Part shown: piece after piece, positions 8,707 to 19,116 of the stretch | How the letters are laid out: the number at the start of each line of letters is the position of its first letter | Numbering within the stretch: position 1 is the first letter of the stretch | IMG/VR virus record: IMGVR_UViG_3300028588_000058 | Span: 1-35,962 of that record | DNA: 35,962 bases | Source: a virus | Lineage: Duplodnaviria > Caudoviricetes | Reading direction: 5' to 3' (one strand) | Made by a program: the position numbers and the translations under genes | Notes under the pieces: model-generated | Databases searched by the model: none | What the model saw: the letters and a program-made list of their open reading frames with translations, nothing else | What the model was told of the DNA's origin: nothing

Positions 8707-9237
8707 TTACGGAACGAACTGTGCAGTCAAGTTTGCCAATCCAACTAGGGATTGTTGAGCCTTCGAATAAGCATTTTTAAATTCTTCAAAAGCTTGATTC
8801 CGCCTTTTCTTTTCAAGTTTGCCAGAGCTTCTAAGTATCCAGAACTCATGGAAGAAATCTACTTCTCCATCTGATCCGACGCCCATGCTGAGGTTGGCAT
8901 CAGTAGCATGGTGCGCGAATGCATTTCGCAACTCCAGAACTCTGTGCAGTGCATCTTTCTCAAATTTAAAATTCAGTTCATGCGCGATTGCCATGACCAC
9001 TTTTGCTTTCGCACCCAGTGACATCACTGAACTATCAAGCACGATGTTCCACATAAATGGTCTAGCATCGTGACGAGGAGAGCAGTATGAGAAAATGATG
9101 CGAGTCATTAATTTCTCAATGTTAGCGCTTTGATCTATAACAACGACCAGATCCGATTCAGGTAATGGGCTAGGTACGTACAGTGCGTCGTTAATTTCCA
9201 TGAGCCAGGTAGCAACATGTAGGTAGTAAGGGGGCAC
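8707..9237 (-). CDS. Hypothetical protein with HEPN-like RNxxxH motif
   Basis: LRNAFAH in a helical protein; start codon uncertain. Confidence 0.6.
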   Translation of the reverse strand: MPPYYLHVATWLMEINDALYVPSPLPESDLVVVIDQSANIEKLMTRIIFSYCSPRHDARPFMWNIVLDSSVMSLGAKAKVVMAIAHELNFKFEKDALHRVLELRNAFAHHATDANLSMGVGSDGEVDFFHEFWILRSSGKLEKKRRNQAFEEFKNAYSKAQQSLVGLANLTAQFVP

Positions 9238-9297
9238 CGCTAAAAATAGCTAATGCCACTAAAAATAGTTTTTTGACTTTGGCGCTTTTATGTTTCG

Positions 9298-10425
9298 TCA
9301 GACATTTGTTTCTTCCATGTCTTCTTCTGGTCCTGTAAGATTAAGTATTTCTTTTGCAGTAGCATCTAACTTCACCAGTTCCATGTTCCTCGCAATTTGA
9401 GCTGCGACTTCGGTTAGCTCTCCAATACGTTTAGCTGCTTGATCCTTTGTCTCTGAATCATTTTGATCTGAAGATTTTGGCATCTCGGGAGGCACATAGC
9501 GAACTTCGATTGTCACGCTTTTCGCCATCTGTCGTGCAATAAATTTTAAACTCGTTGTGACGGCGGTCTTCAGCTCGTTTGCTCTTCCGGTGTCCGCAGG
9601 AGCGTGTTCATCAACAATTTTCTCAGCAAGCGAGCGAGTCTCTGCATCGAGAAATCCATCTGCTTCTGTGGCAGCTGCTGCAATAACAGCGGGAGATAAT
9701 CCTGATCCCGTCAACTGGGAGATCAGATTTCTTGTCACGACCAATTTTTGAAGCAACTCGTTAAGTCTACTTACGGCTGTAGATAAAGCCAAATACACCC
9801 CAGGAGCTGCGGCAAGATAGAACTGCCAATCAGACGATGAAATTGTTCGTACGACGATTGCATTATGTTCTGGGTCGGCTAATTCTACAAACGGACGTAA
9901 AGCAATGTCCCATTCTTTTGCCGTTTTAGCTAACGTAACTAGTAATCGGTCGCCTTCAGGTTCGGGTATTGAAATTCCAATTTCGCCTTCGCCCGCTTTT
10001 AATTCTTGAAATTCCACCTTAAGCTTCGTAAACCCAGTGTCAATTGTGTCGATTTGTTGGTAGAACTCTGTGACATCGGCAAAGAGATTTCTTAAAGCCG
10101 TCGCCGCAAGTTGAGGTGTCATTCCATTTTCTACTATTAAAGCTTCTATTCGTAGAAATAATTTATCGCCTACGTATTTTTCAGCATTTATTGAACCCAA
10201 TAGCGCTGCCAGCGTAGGATAGGGTTTGTTGAATGTTGACGCAGCCAGCTGCTGTCTCAAATTTTCAAAATGCTGCTTAAATGAATCGGCAACCGATACA
10301 TTGCCTGGATTATTGGCTAGGCTGTCAAGTTGCTGAATGACGCTGTTTATTTTCCCACTGATGCCGTCTTCCGAATATTCTACATTTAAAGCATTAATTA
10401 CTGCATGAAATTTTCCCAGATGCAT
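9298..10425 (-). CDS. Hypothetical accessory protein (375 aa)
   Basis: Long, relatively AT-rich ORF with a GA-rich RBS. Confidence 0.8.
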   Translation of the reverse strand: MHLGKFHAVINALNVEYSEDGISGKINSVIQQLDSLANNPGNVSVADSFKQHFENLRQQLAASTFNKPYPTLAALLGSINAEKYVGDKLFLRIEALIVENGMTPQLAATALRNLFADVTEFYQQIDTIDTGFTKLKVEFQELKAGEGEIGISIPEPEGDRLLVTLAKTAKEWDIALRPFVELADPEHNAIVVRTISSSDWQFYLAAAPGVYLALSTAVSRLNELLQKLVVTRNLISQLTGSGLSPAVIAAAATEADGFLDAETRSLAEKIVDEHAPADTGRANELKTAVTTSLKFIARQMAKSVTIEVRYVPPEMPKSSDQNDSETKDQAAKRIGELTEVAAQIARNMELVKLDATAKEILNLTGPEEDMEETNV

Positions 10426-10488
10426 TTGTCTCTCTCTCTCAGTTTATTGGTGGAACAATCTAGAAATCTCTCTCAAGGAGGCCGGAAA

Positions 10489-10818
10489 CTAGTTGTTCAC
10501 CTTAGCGCTCATCAGGTTCTTACCAGATGCCAGAAGTTCTTTGACCCAACCAGGCTGACGACCACGACCGCTCCATTCTTGTGAAGCATCTTGCGGATTT
10601 CGGTATTGCACAGCGACCTTACCAGACGTCTTACGAACTTTTCCTTTGGTATCGCTTGTGCCAAGCAGGTCTTGTAAAGACAGGCCGAGACCCTTCGCGA
10701 TAGCTTCGATTTCACTACGTGCCTTTGCAACGTCCGACTTCTCGCGGCTTTTCAGCTCGACGCCTACTTGTGTTGACAAATCTTTTAATTCGGCCAGGTT
10801 CAGTTTTGACAAATCCAT
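10489..10818 (-). CDS. hns: H-NS family nucleoid-associated protein
   Basis: VAVQYRNP...WSGRGRQPGW motif; GGAG RBS before ATG 10818. Confidence 0.93.
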   Translation of the reverse strand: MDLSKLNLAELKDLSTQVGVELKSREKSDVAKARSEIEAIAKGLGLSLQDLLGTSDTKGKVRKTSGKVAVQYRNPQDASQEWSGRGRQPGWVKELLASGKNLMSAKVNN

Positions 10819-10853
10819 GTAAATCTCCAGCGTAATGTGAAAACGCCATGATG

Positions 10854-11270
10854 TCACACTCTGAACTTCGGCGGTGGTTTTCCCTGCGTTGCGCGTTTTA
10901 CTGCGATCTGCCTCCGGCGATAATCGCGCCATGCCAATCGCTGCTTACCACTGCTGATCCTCCGCCATTCTTCCCCAGCAGTCGTCAGTGCTGTCTTCCA
11001 GCGCGGCGACGGCCCAATACTTGCGAAGTGCATGGGCCTCGCGATGTCTGCACGCCAGCGCTCAATAATTTTTTGAAAGGGCAGAGACAAGTGGTCCCAC
11101 TCGCCAGATCGCCAGCGGCGTTCAAACTCCACAACTAACAGCAGCTCCAGGCGCTTTGCTGCCGCCTCACGTTCTTGAAATCCTTCACTGAACAAGTCGC
11201 TCGGTAGTCCCAAGTCACGCAGCCTTTCGCTGTTTCGTTTCTGTAGCGCTTTCCTTTCCCTGTAATTCAT
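10854..11270 (-). CDS. Hypothetical basic protein
   Basis: GAGG RBS; minus-strand TAAATA at 11323-11328. Confidence 0.6.
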   Translation of the reverse strand: MNYRERKALQKRNSERLRDLGLPSDLFSEGFQEREAAAKRLELLLVVEFERRWRSGEWDHLSLPFQKIIERWRADIARPMHFASIGPSPRWKTALTTAGEEWRRISSGKQRLAWRDYRRRQIAVKRATQGKPPPKFRV

Positions 11271-11288
11271 AAGTCCTCAGTCGCTTAA

Positions 11289-11294
11289 TAAATA
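11289..11294 (+). promoter_or_regulatory. TAAATA T4-late-type promoter motif for the terminase operon
   Basis: TTAATAAATAG, 35 nt before terS; the same hexamer recurs before most units. Confidence 0.6.
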
Positions 11295-11329
11295 GCTCGT
11301 GGCTCATCGTGAGCCGATGAGGTATTTAA

Positions 11330-11731
11330 GTGGATGACATCAACAAGCCGACCAGTGCGGTAACCGACATCAGCGCCGAAACGCTAGAAAAGCTCGCAAG
11401 TCGTGACGAGGACATTCGCAACAGCGGCGTTATCGACATCTTTGAACAGCACTTGCCCCAAATTCCCAAGGACTACGTGTTCAAGCCACGGGATCGTAAG
11501 TTCGTAGAAGACGCATTACATGCCGCGTTCGACTTAACAGGCGGCGTGCCCCGCTTAGTCAAGTACGCCCATGAGAACTACGGCGACTACATCAAGCTGT
11601 TCGCTCGACTGCTCCCAGAAGCGCAAAAGCAAGAGCAAGGCCCGGCGGTCGTTCAGGTATTTCATAACGTGCCAGCTTCGGCACTGGACATGACCGACAT
11701 CATCGACACGGACGAACTGGACGATGAATAA
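11330..11731 (+). CDS. terS: Putative terminase small subunit
   Basis: Overlaps the terL start; AF..GG..L..YA..N...YIKLFARLLP pattern. Confidence 0.7.
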   Translation: MDDINKPTSAVTDISAETLEKLASRDEDIRNSGVIDIFEQHLPQIPKDYVFKPRDRKFVEDALHAAFDLTGGVPRLVKYAHENYGDYIKLFARLLPEAQKQEQGPAVVQVFHNVPASALDMTDIIDTDELDDE

Positions 11732-13184
11732 TCGCGTTCAGACAGTCACCCTCGACTACGTACCCCGCGCCGCATTCCTTCCGTTTCACAATCGTAGCAA
11801 GCGTAAGACGGTAATTGTTGCCCATCGCCGCGCCGGTAAGACGTACAGCGTTATTCAAGACCTGGTCGCCCGGGCGCTTAACTTCCAGAAGAAGAACCCA
11901 AAGACAGGCCAGTATTTCCCCAAACCCGTGTTCGCATACGTCTGCCCGTACAGGGGGCAAGCCAAGAAAGTCGCATGGGAATACCTTGTCGCGTTCACGG
12001 AAAGCATCCCTGGCATCAAGAAGAACGAAACCGAACTCTGGATCGAGATTCCGACAGTCACCGGCGCCAGGGCACGCATCTTCCTCGCCGGCGCAGACAA
12101 CCCAGATAACCTGCGCGGCCAGTACTTCGACGGCGTTGTTCTCGATGAATACGGCGACATGAAGCCCGAGGTGTATAGCACTGTCCTGCGTCCTGCACTA
12201 GCAGACCGTAAGGGTTGGGTCGTGTTCATGGGCACCCCGAAGGGAAAGAACGACTTCTATAAGCGGTGGCAGCTAGCACTCGAGAAACCGAGTGAGTATT
12301 TCAGCATCTGCTTGAAGGCCAGCGACAGCGGCATTCTGGACGAAGTTGAAATCGAGGACATGAAGTCGGAGATGGAGACGGAAGAGTGGGAACAGGAGCT
12401 TGAATGCTCTTTCGATGCAGCCTTCCGCGGGTCGTTCTATGGCAAGGCAATTCAGGTGGCAGCGCTGCAGGACAAGTTCCGGCCGTTCATCACCAGAGAC
12501 TGCCCATACGGCTACGTGGTCGACGAGCCCGTTTCGCTTGCCATGGACTTAGGTCGTGCTGATGCGGCCGTGATCTGGTTCTGGCAAGTGATCAACGGCG
12601 AAGTGCGCTTTTTTGACTACTGGGAGCAAACCGGCTTCGATGCCGAAGAAGTCTGCGACATGCTTGCGTTGAAGCCGTACCGCTATGAAACCGTTTGGCT
12701 GCCGCATGATGCCAAGCATCATACTTTTGTGACGAAGAAGTCCGTTATTGACACGTTCATGGCGCACGACCTACCGGCACGTATTGCACCTGACCCGGAT
12801 GCAGGTCGTCGCATCATGCACGGTATCGATGCCGTAAGAAAATTCCTGCGCCTTGGGCACTTTGCAATCGACGCCGATAGATGCAAGCGCGGTATCGAGG
12901 CGCTGAAGAACTACAGCCGCAAGTTCAATCGCTCCACAAACACCTTCGGCAGCGACGCCGATCACAACGAGTGGTCACACGGCGCAGATGCATTCCGCTA
13001 TGCCGTCCTGTCTATCAGCGACGACGAGATTGGACGTTCGATTGAACGTGCCCGTGATCGCGTCTACAGAAGCGCAAATCCTAACCAGGTAAATACAAGG
13101 CGACAAACCCTTGATGAGGCATTAGCTGCGCGCGATCGCCAGCTTACCGCCAGATCAAGCAATCTAAGTCGAGCATACGACTAG
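11724..13184 (+). CDS. terL: Terminase large subunit
   Basis: Walker A AHRRAGKT, Walker B VVLDE, GTPKG coupling motif, and nuclease motifs MDLG and SHGADAFRY. Confidence 0.95.
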   Translation: MNNRVQTVTLDYVPRAAFLPFHNRSKRKTVIVAHRRAGKTYSVIQDLVARALNFQKKNPKTGQYFPKPVFAYVCPYRGQAKKVAWEYLVAFTESIPGIKKNETELWIEIPTVTGARARIFLAGADNPDNLRGQYFDGVVLDEYGDMKPEVYSTVLRPALADRKGWVVFMGTPKGKNDFYKRWQLALEKPSEYFSICLKASDSGILDEVEIEDMKSEMETEEWEQELECSFDAAFRGSFYGKAIQVAALQDKFRPFITRDCPYGYVVDEPVSLAMDLGRADAAVIWFWQVINGEVRFFDYWEQTGFDAEEVCDMLALKPYRYETVWLPHDAKHHTFVTKKSVIDTFMAHDLPARIAPDPDAGRRIMHGIDAVRKFLRLGHFAIDADRCKRGIEALKNYSRKFNRSTNTFGSDADHNEWSHGADAFRYAVLSISDDEIGRSIERARDRVYRSANPNQVNTRRQTLDEALAARDRQLTARSSNLSRAYD

Positions 13185-13218
13185 AACCAACAAGTGCGTG
13201 TAGACGCACGGAGAACAG

Positions 13219-15330
13219 ATGACAACCGATAACAGCAACGAACGCGAAGGGATGGAAAGCGAAGTAAGCGACGAGCCTTTTGACCAAGATCCGGTCCTGA
13301 CAAAGTACCAGACGGAAGAAGAACAAGCGAAGTGGCAGAAGGGATTGGAAGCCTGTCGCAAGGAGCGCAAGAGCTTCAACGAAGAAGCGGTCAAGTCGCT
13401 CAAGCGCTACGGCGATGTCCGTGGCGCGTCATACAGCGGCTCCAGTATGTACAACATCTACTTCATGAACACGGACATCAAGCTTGCCGCCTTGTATGCG
13501 AAGACGCCACAGCCAGACATCAAGCGCCGCAACGACGACAGCAAGGACGATGTCTCTCGCGTGGCCGCATTGATCCTGCAACGCAATCTCAGCTACGAAA
13601 TGGACAACGGTAACTTCGATGGCACCTACAAACAGGTGCTGTTCGATAACGTGGTTGCTGGTATTGGCGTTAGCTGGGCGCGTCTGGAACAAAGCGAAGA
13701 GCCACAACCTGATCTCATGCACCCTATGACCGGTGAAATGCTGCCGCAGCCGCCGATGATCACCAATCAGGAAGCTTGCACCGACTACGTTGGTTGGGAC
13801 GACTTCTTTTGGAGCCCTTGCAAGACTTGGAACATGTGCAGTTGGGTTGCGCGCCGTATTCCGATGACGAAAGAAGCCATTAAGGCCAGGTTCGGTAACG
13901 ACGCCAACGAGCTGGACTTGCAAGAGATCGCTTACTCGACGAAGCCGGAGTCGCAGGATTCCAGCAAGGCAAAGCTGAACCCGCAAAACCAGATTGAACC
14001 GACTACAGACGTTTACGAAATCTGGGACAAGGATCGCGAGCTGGTGTTTTGGGTGACCGAGTCGTCACCAGTGCCGCTCGATGTGCAAGAAGATACGACA
14101 AACTTTGCAGGGTTCTATCCGACGCCAATGCCGCCACTTGGCCGCTTCGACACTTCAAACACGATTCCGATCAGCGATTACCACTTAGTGAAAGGCAAGT
14201 ACGCCGAACTCGACCAGTTGAACCAGCGCGTGACGGCGTTGACCAATGCCATGCAGGTTCGCTTTGTGTACGATGCGGCCAGTCCTGAAATCAAAGAGCT
14301 GTATACGACGCTTTCTGAGAACGCAGGTATCGGCGTCAAGAACTGGGCATCGTTCGCAGGAGAGAAGGGCGGCTTGGCCGGCAGTATCCAGTTCGCACCG
14401 CTTGAGCAGATCGCGAACACCATGGCCGCTGCATCGCAGCAGATCGCCAACGTGAAAGCGCAGATTTACGAGGTCGAGGGTATCAGCGACATCATGCGCG
14501 GCCAAGCTTCGCCATACGAGACAGCGACGGCCACGCAGGCAAAGACGCAACTGTCGTCTGGTCGTTTCGGTGCGCGCCAGGCTGCTGTGGCTGAGTACGC
14601 GGCAAAACTGCTGCGCTTGAAAGCCCACTTAATGTGCAAGTTCCACGATCCTGACCTGATGGCGAAGCGCGCAATGCCTTTGGAGCCATCGGATCAGCAA
14701 TTCATTGGCCCGGCCTTGCAACTGCTGCGCGATGACCAAATGAACAGCTTCATGTTGAACGTGAACGTAGACAGCCTGCAGCTAGATAACTGGAACACTG
14801 AGAAAGCCGAACGTAACGCCGCTCTTCAAGCGATCACCGCATTGATGGGCCAAATTCTTCCAGCCGTACAGCACACGCCCGAAATTGCTCCGTTTGGTCT
14901 CAGCTTGATCAAGTGGGCAGTCAGTGGCTTCAAGGGCGCACAAGCAGTTGAGGGCATGATCGAACAGAACTTGCAGCAATTGATGAGTGCAGCTCAGAAG
15001 CCAGATGAACAAGGGCAGGGTGCAGAGAAGCCGCCAACACCTGATGCAATGAAAGCCCAATCCGTCGCGCAGAAAGCGCAGATGGATTACCAAGCGGTGC
15101 AGCTGCAAGAGCAGACCAAGATGCAGATCGCACAAATGCAAGCCCAACTCAAGCAGATGGAATTGCAGTTCAAGCAGCAGGAAAGCGAACGCGACAACCA
15201 AATGCGCGAAACGCAGATTCAGCTGCGTCAAGGCGAGCTGGCCGCCAAGGTCGCACATGAACAGTCGATGACGATCCTTGATCACTCGACCGCGCTTATG
15301 AACACGACACCACCGTTTACAGGCCAATAA
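13219..15330 (+). CDS. Portal protein
   Basis: 703 aa directly after terL; ISDIMRG..ETATA motif; Q-rich coiled C-terminal tail. Confidence 0.88.
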   Translation: MTTDNSNEREGMESEVSDEPFDQDPVLTKYQTEEEQAKWQKGLEACRKERKSFNEEAVKSLKRYGDVRGASYSGSSMYNIYFMNTDIKLAALYAKTPQPDIKRRNDDSKDDVSRVAALILQRNLSYEMDNGNFDGTYKQVLFDNVVAGIGVSWARLEQSEEPQPDLMHPMTGEMLPQPPMITNQEACTDYVGWDDFFWSPCKTWNMCSWVARRIPMTKEAIKARFGNDANELDLQEIAYSTKPESQDSSKAKLNPQNQIEPTTDVYEIWDKDRELVFWVTESSPVPLDVQEDTTNFAGFYPTPMPPLGRFDTSNTIPISDYHLVKGKYAELDQLNQRVTALTNAMQVRFVYDAASPEIKELYTTLSENAGIGVKNWASFAGEKGGLAGSIQFAPLEQIANTMAAASQQIANVKAQIYEVEGISDIMRGQASPYETATATQAKTQLSSGRFGARQAAVAEYAAKLLRLKAHLMCKFHDPDLMAKRAMPLEPSDQQFIGPALQLLRDDQMNSFMLNVNVDSLQLDNWNTEKAERNAALQAITALMGQILPAVQHTPEIAPFGLSLIKWAVSGFKGAQAVEGMIEQNLQQLMSAAQKPDEQGQGAEKPPTPDAMKAQSVAQKAQMDYQAVQLQEQTKMQIAQMQAQLKQMELQFKQQESERDNQMRETQIQLRQGELAAKVAHEQSMTILDHSTALMNTTPPFTGQ

Positions 15331-15333
15331 GCG

Positions 15334-15705
15334 ATGCCTACCTACATTTCAACATGCCATGCCTGCGACACGCCGTACGACTACATACGCAAGATTGCAG
15401 ATCGCCACGACACACCTGAGTGCTGTGGCGCTCCAACAGTCATGGGGCTGACAACCCCCGCCATCGGCGCGATGTCGTTCAGTGGGCACAAGGGCTTTCA
15501 TGTGCCTGACGGGAAGCACAACGGCAAAGGTACATGGATAGAATCGGGTCAGGATTACAAGCGATACATGTCCACGAACAAACTGATGCCAGCAAGTGAG
15601 GCTGCCGCCGAAGCTGTCATCCAGAAGAAGAACATTGAGGCTGCCGACGATAAGAAACGTCGTGCAGCGGTGATCAAGGCAGTCACAACCACGCTACGTA
15701 AATAA
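15334..15705 (+). CDS. FmdB-like zinc-ribbon protein
   Basis: MPTY...CxxC...CC N-terminus. Confidence 0.75.
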   Translation: MPTYISTCHACDTPYDYIRKIADRHDTPECCGAPTVMGLTTPAIGAMSFSGHKGFHVPDGKHNGKGTWIESGQDYKRYMSTNKLMPASEAAAEAVIQKKNIEAADDKKRRAAVIKAVTTTLRK

Positions 15706-15750
15706 AGAGCTGTTCACAAAGTGTGAGCACACAAAAATAAGAGAGACACC

Positions 15751-16782
15751 ATGGAAGACCAAAACATTGAAGGCATCGAGTTTAATGAAGAGATCACGAC
15801 CAACGTCCCGGAAGTAGAACAAATTGAAGCACCAGCTACCGAAGCCGTTGAACCGTCCGAACCGAAGACACTGCGCGATGCAGTATCGAAAGCCTTTGAA
15901 GTAAATTCGGAGAAGGAAGCACCGGCACCGGTTACAGCACCCGTGGAGGCAAAAGAAGTTGATCCGATCAGTGGTCGCGAGATTGAGCCGATCCGCGCAC
16001 CAAGCACCATGACACCATTACTACGCGAGAAGTGGGGCACGGTGCCACGCGAGATGCAGAAGTTCTGGGTTGATCGCGAACGCGACATGCAAACCAAACT
16101 GCAAGAGACATCCGACGAACGCAAGCTTGCGAAGGACTTCCAGACAGTGGCGTCGCCTTATCAGGATACGTTCCGGAAATACGGCTTTAGCGCAGTTGAA
16201 CACGCCAAAGACTTGTTCAGCATGTCGCACCAACTGCACTCAGGTACAGCGGAGCAAAAGGCGCAGTTAATTCACGAACTGATTACGCAATTTCGACCTG
16301 ACATTGGAGTGCTAAGCCACCTTGCAAGCGGTGGTCAACTGCAAGCAACTCAACCAACACAATCCGCGCCAAGTGTAGATGAACTGGTTCGCCAAGGCAT
16401 TGAAGCCCGAGATACAGAGATACAGTCTGCCGATGCCTCCAAAGCGCTGGAATCCTTCGCTAGTGATCCACGAAATGAATACTTGGAAGACTTAAAGCCA
16501 ATTATGAAACAGGCCATCGATGCTGGTTTCATCGAAGGTAACAACTTGGCTGAGATCCTGCGCAATGCATACGACTTTGCTGCTGATCGTCATCCAGAGG
16601 TTAAGCAAATTCTTGCTGGTCGTGCTGTCGCAATGCCTGCTCCGGTAGTGAAAGCGAACAAGCCTGTGCAAAGCGTTAAACCTTCGCTTGCCTCTGGTGG
16701 TCGGGGCGGTCAAACACAACCACGCCCTAAAAGCTTGAGAGAAGCTGCTGAACTAGCTTGGAACAAGCACACCGGAGAATAA
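15751..16782 (+). CDS. Putative capsid scaffolding protein
   Basis: Acidic disordered N-terminus and helical body; lies between portal and capsid. Confidence 0.75.
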   Translation: MEDQNIEGIEFNEEITTNVPEVEQIEAPATEAVEPSEPKTLRDAVSKAFEVNSEKEAPAPVTAPVEAKEVDPISGREIEPIRAPSTMTPLLREKWGTVPREMQKFWVDRERDMQTKLQETSDERKLAKDFQTVASPYQDTFRKYGFSAVEHAKDLFSMSHQLHSGTAEQKAQLIHELITQFRPDIGVLSHLASGGQLQATQPTQSAPSVDELVRQGIEARDTEIQSADASKALESFASDPRNEYLEDLKPIMKQAIDAGFIEGNNLAEILRNAYDFAADRHPEVKQILAGRAVAMPAPVVKANKPVQSVKPSLASGGRGGQTQPRPKSLREAAELAWNKHTGE

Positions 16783-16848
16783 ACATCGATGCCCTTCTGC
16801 ACGACGCAACACAACTGAAAGGGGCCGCTTACAGGCTAATGCGATAGG

Positions 16849-17619
16849 CTAAGGGAAAGGATACGCTGACAGTGACTGAAGTTCGTGAAGCCGGGTTCGG
16901 CAAAGGTTAGAGATTTCCCGAAGTGTGATAGTTGCATCATTCAGTGGGGTCGGCACTTCATCATTAGGTGCTCGCAGGTCTCCATGCTTTGACGAATCGG
17001 TCTTCTCGAAATGGGGCTTAATTGCAGGGTGGGCCTTAGCCGCAGCGAACCAATCTTCGCTAAATTGCAAACCGCGCACTTTTTGATCTATCGGAAAAAT
17101 GTCAAGTCGGGAGGCGAGGGTCTCACAATAGGAGGCCGCGAACTGTAAGCAAAGCGTCTCCACGTCTTCAGCTGGAGCAATGATCTCCACTTCAACTTCC
17201 TTATTTCCTCGTATAGACATCCGCTTTAAGTTTACCGGAAGGTAATAGCGTCCCTGGACCCAAGCACTGATTGGCCGATACCCGTCATGTACGATCGCGT
17301 TGCGTAGCTTTCTGAAAAGGTCTGCATGATGAACTTCGTCTTCAATGTCGGAAGAGCCTTTTTCTATCACTTTTGCTCCAATCAAGGCGTCCTTAAAGGT
17401 CTGCAACATCGCCAGTACGGAGCTAAAGCGGTACGGTAACGGTTCGGGGCGCTTTTCGTCCAGCGGAATGCTCATTGGTGGCATTGAGTTCTGAAAGTGC
17501 TTGATTTCAGTAACGCTCGCCTCGATTAGCTCATTCATTCGGAACTTTAGCTCAGTAGCAGCATAATTGACTTGATGCTGGAACGCCAAAACATCAATAA
17601 GATAGTAGTAAGTGGACAT
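16849..17619 (-). CDS. Antisense moron with HEPN-like motif
   Basis: LRNAIVH motif; inserted between scaffold and capsid genes. Confidence 0.7.
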   Translation of the reverse strand: MSTYYYLIDVLAFQHQVNYAATELKFRMNELIEASVTEIKHFQNSMPPMSIPLDEKRPEPLPYRFSSVLAMLQTFKDALIGAKVIEKGSSDIEDEVHHADLFRKLRNAIVHDGYRPISAWVQGRYYLPVNLKRMSIRGNKEVEVEIIAPAEDVETLCLQFAASYCETLASRLDIFPIDQKVRGLQFSEDWFAAAKAHPAIKPHFEKTDSSKHGDLRAPNDEVPTPLNDATITLREISNLCRTRLHELQSLSAYPFP

Positions 17620-17868
17620 AAGCTCTCAATTGGTAATTTTTCATTGGTTAATTTCTTATAGAACTCGTTTTTCAAAAGAGTCGTCAGTTTACATTGCAAA
17701 GAGTGAAAATTCCCAGTGCCATTCCTAGACGTTAGCTTTTGTTTTCCCACCTTTGCCCAAAGAAGTGGATGACTTCTAGCTTACCATACCTTGTCACTCA
17801 ACAAGAATCGCTAATTTTACTTTAACTAAATAGATACAAATTACAAACCACACAAGGAGATTTGACCA

Positions 17869-18096
17869 ATGACTGTTTCGCTCTTCTCTTTGACTGTGGC
17901 GCGAGGTGCCGAAGTGCCAGTTGTCGATCCACGATTGGCAACACACATCGATTATACATCGCGTGTCGATACACAAGACCAAGGTCCAGCCCCTCAAGCT
18001 GATCAAGCCGCAAACGCAAGTGCCCTGGATGCGCATCCAGATAACACAAACGAACGCCGTGAGACAGATGCAGTGGCAACCGGCGGTGCTGAATAA
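17869..18096 (+). CDS. Small hypothetical protein, or the capsid mRNA leader
   Basis: AAGGAG RBS; TAAATA at 17827. Confidence 0.4.
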   Translation: MTVSLFSLTVARGAEVPVVDPRLATHIDYTSRVDTQDQGPAPQADQAANASALDAHPDNTNERRETDAVATGGAE

Positions 18097-18144
18097 AGAC
18101 TCGATTAGAAACGGTCGCTTCGTCTACTAAGGACAATAATAAAA

Positions 18145-19116
18145 ATGGCATTTCCAAATCTTAGTGACCTCGCGGCAACCACCATCGAATACCGTTCGAA
18201 GGACATCGCCGATAACGTCACCCAAAACAACGCAGCACTCCGCGCAATGAAAAAAAGCGGTGGTTTCTCTACTTTCGATGGTGGTACCTACATCAACGAA
18301 AATCTGGCGTTTGCCGAGAACGGTAACGGCGGTTCTTACAGCGGTTACGACGTACTGCCTACAGCAGCTTCGGACGTAATCTCTGCAGCGCAGTACTCGT
18401 TTGCTCAGTACGCAGTACCAGTGACTTTCTCTGGCCGCGAGACACTGATCAACAGCGGTAGAGAAGCCCTGATCGACTTGGTCGAAGCGCGAGTGAAAGT
18501 CGCAGAATCAACGATGCAAAACTTGTTGAACCGTCACTTCTATCTGGATGGTACGGGTAACGGCGGTAAGAACTTAACTGGCTTGGCTGCTGCACTCCCA
18601 CTGGCTAACACTGCTGGTACATACGGTGGTATCGCTCGCCTGACTAACACCTTCTGGCAAAACAAGAAGTTCCAAGCTTCGGTTGATGGCACTGGCGTGG
18701 CTACAACTGGCGCTGCATTGATCTCGCAGTGGAACATCTTCCTGACCACATTGACACGTGGCGGCGACCGTCCGAAAGTCATCTTGGCATCACCAGCGAT
18801 CTACTCGCTGTTGCAGTCAGGTATGCAGACATTACAGCGTTTCGCTAGCGCAGACTCGGCGAATGCTGGTTTCCAAGCTCTTGAATTCCAAGGCATCCCG
18901 GTTGTGTTCGACACCGCTGTATCAGGTATAGGCGCGCAAACTGCGTACTTCCTGAACACCGACTATCTGAAATGGCGCACCCACAAGGATCGCAACATGA
19001 TCGCTCTGGATGACAAGAATGCCGTCAACCAAGACAGCACAGTCAAGACTTTGGTCTGGGCTGGTAACTTGACTTCGAACGGTCCACAGTTCTCCGGTAT
19101 CTACTCCAACACTTAA
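18145..19116 (+). CDS. Major capsid protein
   Basis: 323 aa; position after scaffold; HK97-like hints (FYLDGTG..LTGL, FQGIPVVFD, YFLNT); strong terminator downstream. Confidence 0.9.
   Translation: MAFPNLSDLAATTIEYRSKDIADNVTQNNAALRAMKKSGGFSTFDGGTYINENLAFAENGNGGSYSGYDVLPTAASDVISAAQYSFAQYAVPVTFSGRETLINSGREALIDLVEARVKVAESTMQNLLNRHFYLDGTGNGGKNLTGLAAALPLANTAGTYGGIARLTNTFWQNKKFQASVDGTGVATTGAALISQWNIFLTTLTRGGDRPKVILASPAIYSLLQSGMQTLQRFASADSANAGFQALEFQGIPVVFDTAVSGIGAQTAYFLNTDYLKWRTHKDRNMIALDDKNAVNQDSTVKTLVWAGNLTSNGPQFSGIYSNT

Noticed and set aside
9240-9269. CTAAAAATAG repeated twice
   Set aside because: Only two short AT-rich copies; not TAAATA and not an array
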